NCBI RefSeq assembly: GCF_964213995.1 | Contig: NC_135830.1 | Location: forward strand, 13,888,001-13,952,000 | Direction of reading: 5' to 3' | Origin: Mustelus asterias | Lineage: Eukaryota | Length of the DNA: 64,000 bases | Shown: piece after piece, positions 11,096-21,544 of the stretch | How the letters are laid out: every line of letters begins with the position of its first letter | How positions within the stretch are numbered: the stretch's first letter is position 1 | Program-made: the position numbers and the translations under genes | Notes under the pieces: model-generated | The model's input: the letters and a program-made list of their open reading frames with translations, nothing else | The model's database searches: none | What the model was told of the DNA's origin: nothing

Positions 11096-12355
11096 TGAGA
11101 AGTCTCACAACACCAGGTTAAATTCCAACAGGTTTATTTGGTAGCACAAGCTACTAGCTTTCGGAGCGCTGCTCCTTCATCAGGTGACTGGGAGTTCTGT
11201 TCACAAACAGGGCATATAAAGACACAAACTCAATTTACAAAATAATTTACATAATTTACATAATCCTGTTCATAAGAGCAGGATATGGTGCTCGACTCAA
11301 CGATCGACAGTTCTGACGCGCCACAGCGAAAAACCGCACCCACCTCCTCAGAAGACAAACACGGGACATTGTGGAAAGAGTACCCTTCATCGTCCAGTAC
11401 TTCTCTGGAGCAGAGAAGCTACGACATCGTATCCGGAGCCTTCAACATGTCATTGATGAAGACGAACATCTCGCCAAGGCCATCCGCACACCCTCATTTC
11501 TTGCCTTCAAACAACCGCACAATCTCAAACAGACCATTGTCCGCAGCAAACTACCCAGCCTTCAGGAGAACAGTGACCACGACACCACACAACCCTGCCA
11601 CAGCAACCTCTGCACAACGTGCCGGATCATCGACACGGATGCCATCATCTCACGTGAGAACACCATCCACCAGGTGCACGATACATACACTTGCAACTCG
11701 GCCAACGTTGTCTACCTGATACGCTGCAGGGAAGGATGTCCTGAGGCATGGTACATTGGGGAAACCATGCAGACGCTACAACAATGGATGAATGAACACC
11801 GCTTGACAATCACCAGGCAAGAGTTTTCTGTTCCTGTTGGGGAGCACTTCAGCGGTCACGGGCATTCGGCCTCTGATCTTTGGGTAAGCGTTCTCCAAGG
11901 TGGCCTTCAAGACACACGGCAGTGCAGAGTCGCTGAGCAGAGACTGATAGCCAAGTTCCGCACACATGAGGATGGCCTCAACTGGGATCTTGGGTTCATG
12001 TCACACTATCCGTGACCCCCACGACTTGCCTGGGCTTGTAAAATCTCGCTAACTGTCCTGGCTGGAGACAATACACATCTCTTTAACCTGTGCTTAACCC
12101 TCTCTCCACTCACATTGCCTGTACCTTTAAGACTTGATTACCTGTAAAGACTCGCATTCCAACCATTATTTTGTAAATTGAGTTTGTGTCTTTATATGCC
12201 CTCTTTGTGAACAGAACTCCCACTCACCTGATGAAGGGGCAGTGCTCCGAAAGCAAATGGCTTTTGCTACCAAATAAACCTGTTGGACTTTAACCTGGTG
12301 TTGTGAGACTTCTTACTGTGTTTACCCCAGTCCAACACCGGCATCTCCACATCAT
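11096..12355 (+). mobile_element. 5'-truncated Penelope-like retroelement with GIY-YIG endonuclease and inverted 5' copy of its 3' repeat
   Basis: ORF 11371..12015 contains CNSANVVYLIRC...WYIGET. 11096-11245 is the reverse complement of ~12165-12315. TSD CACTAAAATAATG at 11083-11095 and 12356-12368. Confidence 0.9.
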
Positions 12356-12929
12356 CACTAAAATAATGACAGAAGCAAATTTGAAACTCAGTGCGTGGGT
12401 TTTATTGTGAAATGAGAAAATGTATAAATATATCCTCTCGCTCGGGTTGGTTTGGAATTGATGATTTCTCTGCTGTCTATAAGGTTACTGAACAAATATT
12501 AAATTGTAGAGACTGTGAAGTTTGAATTGTAATATCTATTGGTCTAAAATATCTGGGAGCAGCGTGGATGTGATGAAGGCTGGAATACAGACTGGGGGAA
12601 TGAGGGTGAAACTGCTGTGCAGAGTGAATGGTTCTTGGTGTCGGGAAGGATGGATGGAGAGAGGGAGGGATGGTGAGATGGATGGAAGGAGGGGTGGATG
12701 GAGGGAGAGGGATGGATGGAGAGAGGGAGGGATGGTGAGATGGATGGAGGAAGGGATGGATAGGTGAATGTGAGAAGCTGAAGTTTACATTTGAAGAGGT
12801 TCTCAGAGTCTTTGAGCAGCTGAACTGCGGAAGCCTTCGTGCAGAGACTGTGCTGCTGCTGTTTCCCCTCCAGTCCACCAGGGTTCGCTGTAACCCTCTC
12901 GGCTGCTGCTCTCGCTGGTGTCACCTCTT

Positions 12930-13040
12930 GCCCGCTCCGGCCCGGCCGCTGTTCCTTGGCGGATGGGAGATCGGAGAGGAATTGGAGAAAGAGGTGGAAC
13001 AGTAGGGCGCATGCGTAGCCGCCATGTTTGTGAGGGGCAA
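12930..13040. promoter_or_regulatory. Promoter module upstream of ZNF-3
   Basis: GCGCATGCG 13007-13015 followed by GCCGCCAT; downstream sequence is homologous to 50200-50720. Confidence 0.55.
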
Positions 13041-13791
13041 TGTTTTGAAATTCTTCCCAGTGACAGAATTTGAACATCTTGTCCATCAAACTGCTTCACT
13101 CTTTCACTTCCAATTTCTTACTGATGAGCAGAACAACAAAATCAGGGCAGCGAAGATAATTTGTATTCATACTGTGTCTTTAACAAAATAAAATAGTCCC
13201 AGACATTTCACAAAATTGTTCCAGTTCTTTGAAAAAGGGTAGCACAGTGGTTAGCACTGCTGCCTCACAGCTCCAGTGACCCAGGTTCAACTCGAGCCTC
13301 GGGTGACTGTGTCTCCCCGTGTCTGTGAGGGTTTTCATCTGGGTGCTCCTGTTTCCTCTCACAGTCCAATGACGTACAGGCTTGGTGGATTGGCCATGAT
13401 AAATTGCCCCTTAGTGCCCCAAGATGTGTAGGTTCGGGGAAGTAACAGGATATGTGGGGCTCCGGGGATAGGACCTGGGTGCAGAGTCCAGATAAGTTGG
13501 CAGGTTTCTTTCCCTGAAGGACCATGAGTGAATCAATTGAATCCAGCAGTTTTCATGGTCACTTTTTCCTGGTGCCGGCCCCACAAATGACCAGATTCAT
13601 TCAGCTCAATTTCACAACCTGTCTTTGTGCTTTTGTGGGTTCTCTCTCACTCCCTTTTTTCTGTTTTAAATCAATTTCACAGGATTTTAGAAGGGGACGA
13701 TTTGCAGTTGGGAAACTGAAACCAAACATCACATCAGGGAATGATACAGTCGGCTAATTTATCGTAACCTGAATATTGTCATATTTTAAAC

Positions 13792-15636
13792 ATGGAAGAA
13801 AAAAGCACCGTTCACAGCGGAGAGAAACCCTACTCGTGTTCTGTGTGTGGTCAGGGATTCAATCGATCATCTGACCTGTCAAAACATAAATGCAGTTATG
13901 ATGGGGACAAGCTGTGGAAATGTGAGGACTGTGGGAAGGGATTCAATTACCCATCCCAGCTGGAATGGGATGGGTAATGGGCAGATGTATGGGATTGGGG
14001 GTGATCTAGGAAAATGGATCAGGAATTGGCTAGCGGATAGGAAACAGAGGGTGGTGGTTGATAGTAAATATTCATCATGGAGTGCGGTTACAAGTGGTGT
14101 ACCTCAGGGATCTGTTTTGGGGCCACTGCTGTTTGTAATATTTATTAATGATCTGGATGAGGGTATAGTTGGGTGGATTAGCAAATTTGCTGATGACACC
14201 AAAGTCGGTGGTGTGGTAGACAGTGAGGAAGGGTGTCGTAGTTTGCAGGAAGACTTAGACAGGTTGCAAAGTTGGGCCGAGAGGTGGCGGATGGAGTTTA
14301 ATGCGGAGAAGTGTGAGGTAATTCACTTTGGTAGGAATAACAGATGTGTTGAGTATAGGGCTAACGGGAGGACTTTGAATAGTGTGGAGGAGCAGAGGGA
14401 TCTAGGTGTATGTGTGCATAGATCCCTGAAAGTTGGGAATCAAGTAGATAAGGTTGTTAAGAAGGCATATGGTGTCTTGGCGTTTATTGGTAGGGGGATT
14501 GAATTTAGGAGTCGTAGCGTTATGTTGCAACTGTACACAACTCTGGTGCGGCCGCACTTGGAGTACTGTGTGCAGTTCTGGTCCCCACATTACAGGAAGG
14601 ATGTGGAGGCTTTGGAGAGGGTGCAGAGGAGGTTTACCAGGATGTTGCCTGGTATGGAGGGGAGATCCTATGAGGAGAGGCTGAGGGATTTGGGATTGTT
14701 TTCGCTGGAAAGGCGGCGGCTAAGAGGGGATCTTATTGAAACATATAAGATGATTAGAGGTTTAGATAGGGTGGATAGTGATAGCCTTTTTCCTCTGATG
14801 GAGAAATCCAGCACGAGGGGGCATGGCTTTAAATTGAGGGGGGGTAGTTATAGAACCGATGTCAGGGGTAGGTTCTTTACCCAGAGGGTGGTGAGGGATT
14901 GGAATGCCCTGCCAGCATCAGTAGTAAATGCGCCTAGTTTGGGGGCGTTTAAGAGATCCGTAGATAGGTTCATGGACGAAAAGAAATTGGTTTAGGTTGG
15001 AGGGTCACAGTTTTTTTTTTAACTGGTCGGTGCAACATCGTGGGCCGAAGGGCCTGTTCTGCGCTGTAATGTTCTATGTTCTATGTTCTATGTTCTATGT
15101 TCTATGAAACTCATCAGCGTGGTCACACCAGGGAGAGGCCGTTCACCTGCTCGGACTGCGGGAAAGGATTCATTAAGTCATCCACCCTGCTGACACACCA
15201 GCGCACACACACTGGGCAGAGGCCATTCACCTGCTCTATGTGTGGGATGGGATTCACTCAGTCACCCACGCTGCTAACACACCAGCAAATTCACACTGGG
15301 GAGAGGCCATTCACCTGCTCTGACTGTGGGCAGGGATTCACTCACCAATCCACCCTGCTGACACACCAGCGAGTTCACACTGGACAGAGACCATTCACTT
15401 GCTCTAGGTGTGGGAAGAGATTCACTCAATCATCAGCACTGCTCAGACACCAGCGAGTTCACACTGGGGAGAGACTGTTCATCTGCAATGATTGTGGGAA
15501 GAGATTCACTCAGTCATCCAACCTGCTGACACACCAGCGAGTTCACACTGGGAAGAAACCATTCACGTGTTCTGAGTGTGGGATGGGATTTACTCAGACA
15601 TCCAACCTGCTGAGACACCAGCAAATTCACAATTAA
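13792..15636 (+). pseudogene. C2H2 zinc-finger gene (ZNF-3) disrupted by a CR1 LINE insertion in finger 2
   Basis: ORF 13792..13977 ends ...NYPSQLE and the finger resumes ETHQRGH at 15106 after the LINE tail. Paralogue of ZNF-9. Confidence 0.92.
13981..15105 (+). mobile_element. 5'-truncated CR1/HER1-type LINE (RT C-terminal half), young
   Basis: Open frame with GVPQGSVLGP and FADD; (GTTCTAT)n tail; essentially identical to 29893-31011. Confidence 0.93.
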
Positions 15637-17019
15637 CTCCAGAGATTGGATTGTGTTGTCAATCAGATTGAGAACTGAGCTATATCCATTAGGATCTGAT
15701 TCTGCTGATGTTAATAAACTTCAGGTCAGTTATAGAGGCTAATATTCTGGACAAAAATCAAATAATTTGTCTTTGATTTGATTTGATTTGTCTTTGAACC
15801 CACACAGACATGGAGGAAAGCTGCTGAATTGTCATAAAAACCTAAGTGGTATGCTGATGTCTGTCAAGAAAGGAAATCTGACACCTGGTCTAGAGTGGAG
15901 ACAGCGAGAAGTAGAAGGGGCCGGGGTGAAGGAGAGGGATTTTATACATCTAGAACTCAATGAGAACTTTGACAGCATCTCCCAAATCCTCAACATCCAC
16001 CACCTAGAAGGACCAAGGTAGCAGGTAGATGTGAACGCCATCACCTCCGAGTTTCTCTCCCCCAACTCGCACACAATCCTGACTTGTCTGATATCCAGTA
16101 CTAAAAGGATTGTATTTGTCGGGTTCTCCGGTTCTCTTTTTGTTTGGGACCGATGTATCTCGTTCTGTCATTCCGCCTTGGTTTCTCTATCTCCCTTTGT
16201 CCTGCTTCTGACCGTCTCTGTCTTCACACTGGCTCTATGTTCTTCTGTTTCTCCCCTTTTCCCTAAAGTTCAGGGTTGAGACAATCCGATTTCTTCCACT
16301 CTCTCATTTCAACGAGTCCACTCAATTACTCATTATATTATCGCAGCAATAATTGATAACGTTAATAACCAGAACTTAAGGGGTAACATTACGATGGAAA
16401 GATTTAAATGCAAATAACTAAAGAATATAGGAAATGAATGTGAATCCAGGGTCATGTTTGCATCTTGTGTTGTTATTTTAGACTAGGCATCTTATCGGAA
16501 TCTTGGTGGCTCCTTCTTGTTTAAAATGGGCGTTTATAACCACTATTAATTGAATAAAGCGAATCGCCAGCAACAAAATAAAGTTGGGATTATCTCTCAT
16601 GCATACGTTCAACTGCATCAAATTACATTGCAATAGTAAAAGTACTGCAAGAATAATCCGACATCGTGGCACAGTGGTTAGCCGTGCTGCGTTACAGCGC
16701 TGGGGACCTGGGTTCAGTCACTGTCTGTGTGGAGTCTGAAAATTCTCCCTGTGTCTGTGTGAGTTTCCTCCGGGTGCTCCGGTTTCCTCCCGCAGTCCGA
16801 AAGATGTGCTGGTAATGTGCATTGGCCATGCTAAAGTTTCCCTAAGTGTATCCGAACAGGCGCCAGAGTATGGCGACTAGGGGATTTTCACATTAACTTC
16901 ATTGAAGTGTTGATGTGACTGAAAATTTCCAGCATTAAGCCGATGTTTGAATGATCAGTGTCTGTTCCATGGGCTCTCTTCGCTCTGAGATATTTAATAT
17001 CTTCTGTGTTTTGTTACAG

Positions 17020-17323
17020 GGATAAATGTTGAAGCTTCAGTGTTTCAAGATCGATCTAAATGAAGCGTTCTGGAAGGACAGAGCATATTGTTGGACTGTA
17101 AATACTCGACAGCTGCTTTTCAAACTGTGTTCTGGTGCATCCACTATCCCGGGCAAGCTCTGAGATATTTGATGAAGATATATAGCTCGGGCAATACCGA
17201 TACGTCTCCGGATTTGTCAGATAGGTTCTCGGCTGCTTTGCACAAAGGAAACAACACTGTTCCTTTAAAAATCGCCAGGGCTCTTCTGCCTGACAGCGCC
17301 GTGTATTTCTGTGCCATGGAGTT
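17020..17323 (+). pseudogene. T-cell receptor alpha/delta-like variable (V) exon with one in-frame stop
   Basis: Acceptor TTGTTACAG (AG 17018-17019), phase 1. Reads (G)INVEASVFQDRSK*SVLEGQSILLDCKYSTAAFQTVFWCIHYPGQALRYLMKIYSSG...DRFSA...LKIARALLPDSAVYFCAME. B-strand Cys, C-strand Trp and DSAVYFC are present; TGA at 17061-17063. Confidence 0.88.
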
Positions 17324-17363
17324 CACACTGGTGCAGAAATACAGCGAACTCCGCCCAAAAACC
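17324..17363 (+). other. V(D)J recombination signal sequence (23-type)
   Basis: Heptamer CACACTG (17324-17330, 6/7 match to CACAGTG) directly after YFCAME, a 24-nt spacer, then nonamer CCAAAAACC (17355-17363, 8/9 match to ACAAAAACC). Confidence 0.8.
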
Positions 17364-18410
17364 CCAGACTGGGGGTTCCGGTTAGAGATCAGCAGAGGGC
17401 GCTCCCGCACCGATAAACAGAAACAATTATATCGTGTCCACAGAAAGAGTCACAAGATCATAAATGAAATATCAAATCAAAACAGAACACTCAACCTGAA
17501 CAGCTGTGCCGCAGTTGGGTTTTTAACTTGCAACTATACTAAAAATACAGTTATGCTTCGTTCACTCATGCTCAGTCCTTTGATGATATTTCCTTGCTCG
17601 TGTAATTACTGTGTAGCACTTTCCCCATCTTGACTGTCCGTTTCGAGGTCGCTTTGCTCAAAGGGTCTGTTTGGTCAGAGTATTTTGCTGCCTAACGGAC
17701 AGTTTATAGAACATATGCATTTCGCAAGGTTGCCATTGTGCTATTTAAAACAATCCCTGGGAACAAGTTACCATCAATGTTCATTCTCATTTTGTATATC
17801 TGTGAAATGTTTTCTGACACAATTCGTAAGCCAGGGCTTCCGCCTGACAATAACAAGACCAGGGAATTCATTCCCACCCGTGCCCTTAACAATAAAGTGA
17901 TTTTCCTAATGGGCACATTGATTAAATCCCAGATTGGGATATTTCTGCTCACTGAAAGGCAGGTCTCCAACATTGGGAAACATGTAAATGACGTGAGAGA
18001 ATGCAATGACACTAGAACAGATTAATGAGAGTGCGGATTAGATTGAGACTCCTCTGTTTCATCTTCCCTTTTACAGAACGTACAGCAACAATGCGGGAAG
18101 GCAGAAGTTGGGTGTTCTGGGGAATTTCAGAGAAGCAATTGTGGAATAAACACATTTAATCTAATTTCCCAATCGCAATTTCAACCTAAAGTTTAAAAGT
18201 ATTCCGACATGAGAGAGCACTTCAAAAAGGAATTCAGATATGTTGATGATGTGAAAAAGATTCAGCACAGTATTAAACACAAAGCTGGTTTATTTTGACT
18301 TCTATTCAGAATATTAAACCACACAACTGGCTGGAGTTCATTATCAGCAAAAATCCAATTAACACATGACAGTCATGGATAGGATTAACAGCAGATTCCA
18401 ATCACTGTGG

Positions 18411-19112
18411 TTACTTGTGAATTATTTGGTGTCTAAGCAGGTGGAATGCCTGAGTGAATCCCTTCCCACATTCAGAGCAGATGAATGGCCTCTCCCCAGT
18501 GTGAACTCGCTGGTGTGTCAGCAGATTGGAGGACTGACTGAATCCCTTCCCACACTGAGAGCAGGTGAATGGCCTTTCCCCAGTGTGGGTGCGCTGGTGT
18601 ACAATGAGGTTACATGAATGCCTGAACCTAGTCCCACAGTGAGAGCACCTGAATGGTCTCTCGTCAGTGTGAATACGTTGATGGGACATGAGTGCATCAG
18701 AACTTTTGTAGCACTTCCCACAGTCTGAGCATTTAAAAGGCCTCTCATCAGTGTGAACCCGCTGATGTGTCAGCAGGTTGGATGACCGAGTGAAGCCCTT
18801 CCCACACTCTGAGCAGATGAATGGCCTTTCCCCAGTGTGAATGCGCTGGTGTGACACCAGATTTCCTGACTCAGTAAATCCTTTGCCACACTCAGAGCAG
18901 GTGAATGGCCTCTCCCCAGTGTGAATGCGCCAATGAATTTTCAGCTGGAATGGGTAATTGAATTCCTTTCCACAGTCCACACATTTCCACAGTTTTTCCA
19001 TGGAGTGACTGCACTTGTGTCTCGATAGGCCAGATGATCGGCTGAAGTCTCGTCCACACACAGAACACATGTATGGTTTCTCTCCACTGTGAACGGTGCG
19101 TTTTCCTTCCAT
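18411..19112 (-). CDS. KRAB-less C2H2 zinc-finger protein (ZNF-4), 8 fingers; inverted paralogue of ZNF-2
   Basis: Intact [22 protein letters not shown]...HQIIHK. Flanks match those of ZNF-2 in reverse complement. Confidence 0.9.
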   Translation of the reverse strand: MEGKRTVHSGEKPYMCSVCGRDFSRSSGLSRHKCSHSMEKLWKCVDCGKEFNYPFQLKIHWRIHTGERPFTCSECGKGFTESGNLVSHQRIHTGERPFICSECGKGFTRSSNLLTHQRVHTDERPFKCSDCGKCYKSSDALMSHQRIHTDERPFRCSHCGTRFRHSCNLIVHQRTHTGERPFTCSQCGKGFSQSSNLLTHQRVHTGERPFICSECGKGFTQAFHLLRHQIIHK

Positions 19113-19320
19113 GTTCAAAATCCACTGATATTCAGTTACGATAAATGAGATGACTGTCAGATTCTGATATGATATTTATTTCTTGTTTCCTCACTGCAAA
19201 TCGTCTCATCCTAGTTCCTGTGAAATTGATTTGAAACAGAGAAAAAGTGGATTGAGAGAGAGCCCACAGAGACAGGTTATAAATAGAGTTCAGACTGAAG
19301 CAACAATAACAAAAACACTC

Positions 19321-20339
19321 AAAGAACAATACAGCACAGGAACAGGCCCTTCGGCCCTCCAAGCCCGCGCCGCTCCCCGGTCCAGGATTGAATCCTGAAT
19401 CCAGGATCCCCGCCCAATTTTCCAGCCTATCTACATCCTAATATCCTATCCACCGAGCTGTCCCTCACAGCTACGATGCTTTGTTCATCACAACCTATTA
19501 ACTCACCCCCACCCCCCCATTCCAGACCATGTGATCTCCAGGGAGAGGCGAAAACCCAGAGTGAAAACCCCAGGGCCAATATGGGGAAAAAAATCTGGGA
19601 AATTCCTCTCCGACCCCCTGAGGCGATTGAAACGAGTCCAGGAGATCACACTGGCCCTGATCAGAAAATGCTTCCCAACCCTATTCATTTCCACTTCTGT
19701 TTTACAAACACCATATGAATTCCCTGCCCCCGAGACAGGTTCCCAACTATCCGCAGTCTCGCTCTGTACTGGCACCAGCAAGATGATCATAGAATGAAGC
19801 CTTGAAATGAGAAACAAAGAACAATTAGCCCGCGCCGCTCCCTGGTCCAAACTAGACCACTCTTTTGTATCCCTCCATTCCCACTCCGTTCATATAGCTG
19901 TCTAGATAAGTCTTAAACGTTCCCAGTGTGTCCGCCTCCACCACCTTGCCCGGCAACACATTCCAGGCCCCCACAACCCTCTGTGTAAAATATGTCCTTC
20001 TGATATCTGTGTTAAACCTCCCCACCTTCACCTTGAACCTATGACCCCTCGTGAACGTCACCACCGACCCGGGGAAAAGCTTCCCACCGTTCACCCTATC
20101 TATGCCTTTCATAATTTTATACACCTCTATTAAGTCTCCCCTCATCCTCCGTCTTTCCAAGGAGAACAACCCCAGTTTCCCCAATCTCTCCTCATAACCA
20201 AGCCCCTCCATACCAGGCAACATCCTGGTAAACCTCCTCTGTACTCTCTCCAAAGCCTCCACGTCCTTCTGGTAGTGTGGCGACCAGAACTGGACGCAGT
20301 CTTCCAAATGCGGCCGACTGCGTCCAGTTCTGGTCGCCA
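19321..20339 (-). mobile_element. CR1-type LINE 3' fragment with long 3' UTR
   Basis: ORF 19852..20373: RPHLEDCVQFWSP...FTQRVVGAWN. Absent from the paralogous site at ~8540. Confidence 0.88.
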
Positions 20340-20635
20340 TAGGAGGCCAGGGACTGAGTTCTGCATCCAACACGCAGCCTGATTCAAACTGGCTCCGAAC
20401 TAGTCAGCCTGTGTTTCTAATCTCGATACAATAAAACAATAGAACATAGAAACCCTACAGTGCAGAAAGAGGCCATTTGGCCCATCAAGTCTGCACTGAC
20501 CACAATCCCACCCAGGCCCTACCCCATATCCCTCCATATTTACCCACTAATCCCCCTAACCTACATGTACTGGAACAAAACTCTGTAGAGATTGTATCTG
20601 GAATAAAGAGAATAAATCTTGGAGATATTCAGCAG

Positions 20636-21544
20636 TGATGTGGAGATGCTGGCATTGGACTGGGGTAAACAGTGTAAGAAGTCTCACAACACCAGGTTAA
20701 AGTCCAACAGGTTTATTTGGTAAAAAAATCCATTAGCTTTCGGAGTGCTGCTCCTTCATCAGGTGAGTGGGAGTTTTTCACAAACAGGGCATATAAAGAC
20801 ACAAACTCAATTTACAAAATAATGATTGGAATGCGAGACTTTACAGGGGATCAAGTCTTAAAGGTACAGACAATGTGAGTGGAGAGAGGGTTAAGCACAG
20901 GTTAAAGAGATGTGTATTGTCTCCAGACAGGACAGTTCATGAGATTTTGCAAGTCCAGGCAAGTCGTGGGGATTACAGATAGTGTGACATGACCCCAAGA
21001 TCCCGGTTGGGGCCGTCCTCATGTGTGCGGAACTTGGCTATCAGTCTCTTCTCAGTGACTCTGCGCTGTCGTGTGTCGTGAAGGCCGCCTTGGAGAATGC
21101 TTACCTGAAGATCATCGGCCTCTGATCTTCGGGTAAGCGTTCTCCAAGGTGGCCTTCATGACACATGACAGCGCAGAGTCGCTGAGCAGAGACTGATAGC
21201 CAAGTTCCGCACACATGAGGACGGCCTCACCCAGGATCTTGGGGTCATGTCACACTATCTGTAATCCCCACGACTTGCCTGGACTTACAAAATCTCATGA
21301 ACTGTCCTGTCTGGAGACAATACACACCTCTTTAACCTGTGCTTAACCCTCTCTCCACTCACATTGTCTGTACCTTTAAGACTTGATTACCTGTAAAGAC
21401 TCGCATTCCAATAATTATTTTGTAAATTGAGTTTATGAAAAGAACTCCCACTCACCTGACGAAGGAGCAGCGCTCCGAAAGCTAGTGGATTTTGCTACCA
21501 AATAAATCTGTTGGACTTTAATCTGGTATTGTGAGACTTCTTAT
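20636..21544. mobile_element. Palindromic Penelope-derived insertion (~430-bp inverted arms)
   Basis: Arms are homologous to 11870-12355 in opposite orientations, centred near 21115. TSD GATATTCAGCAG at 20624-20635 and 21545-21556. The paralogous site at ~8385 is empty. Confidence 0.9.
21453..21487 (+). ncRNA. Minimal type I hammerhead ribozyme motif (Penelope family A)
   Basis: CAC-CTGACGA-A-GGAGC(AGC)GCTCC-GAAA-GC-TA-GTG: conserved core, 5-bp stem II, CAC/GTG stem I, palindromic AGCT at helix III. Other copies near 11155(-), 12225(+), 20735(-), 36051(+), 37764(-), 37801(+), 46592(+), 46922(-). Confidence 0.78.

Noticed and set aside
16140-16660. Leader exon for the V segment
   Set aside because: Candidate ATGs (~16153, ~16454) give no convincing hydrophobic peptide ending in a phase-1 donor; leader not identified.
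17324-17633. C-terminal half of the 181-aa ORF as part of a V-domain protein
   Set aside because: It is read-through across the RSS into non-coding DNA, and the upstream in-frame stop removes the A strand.
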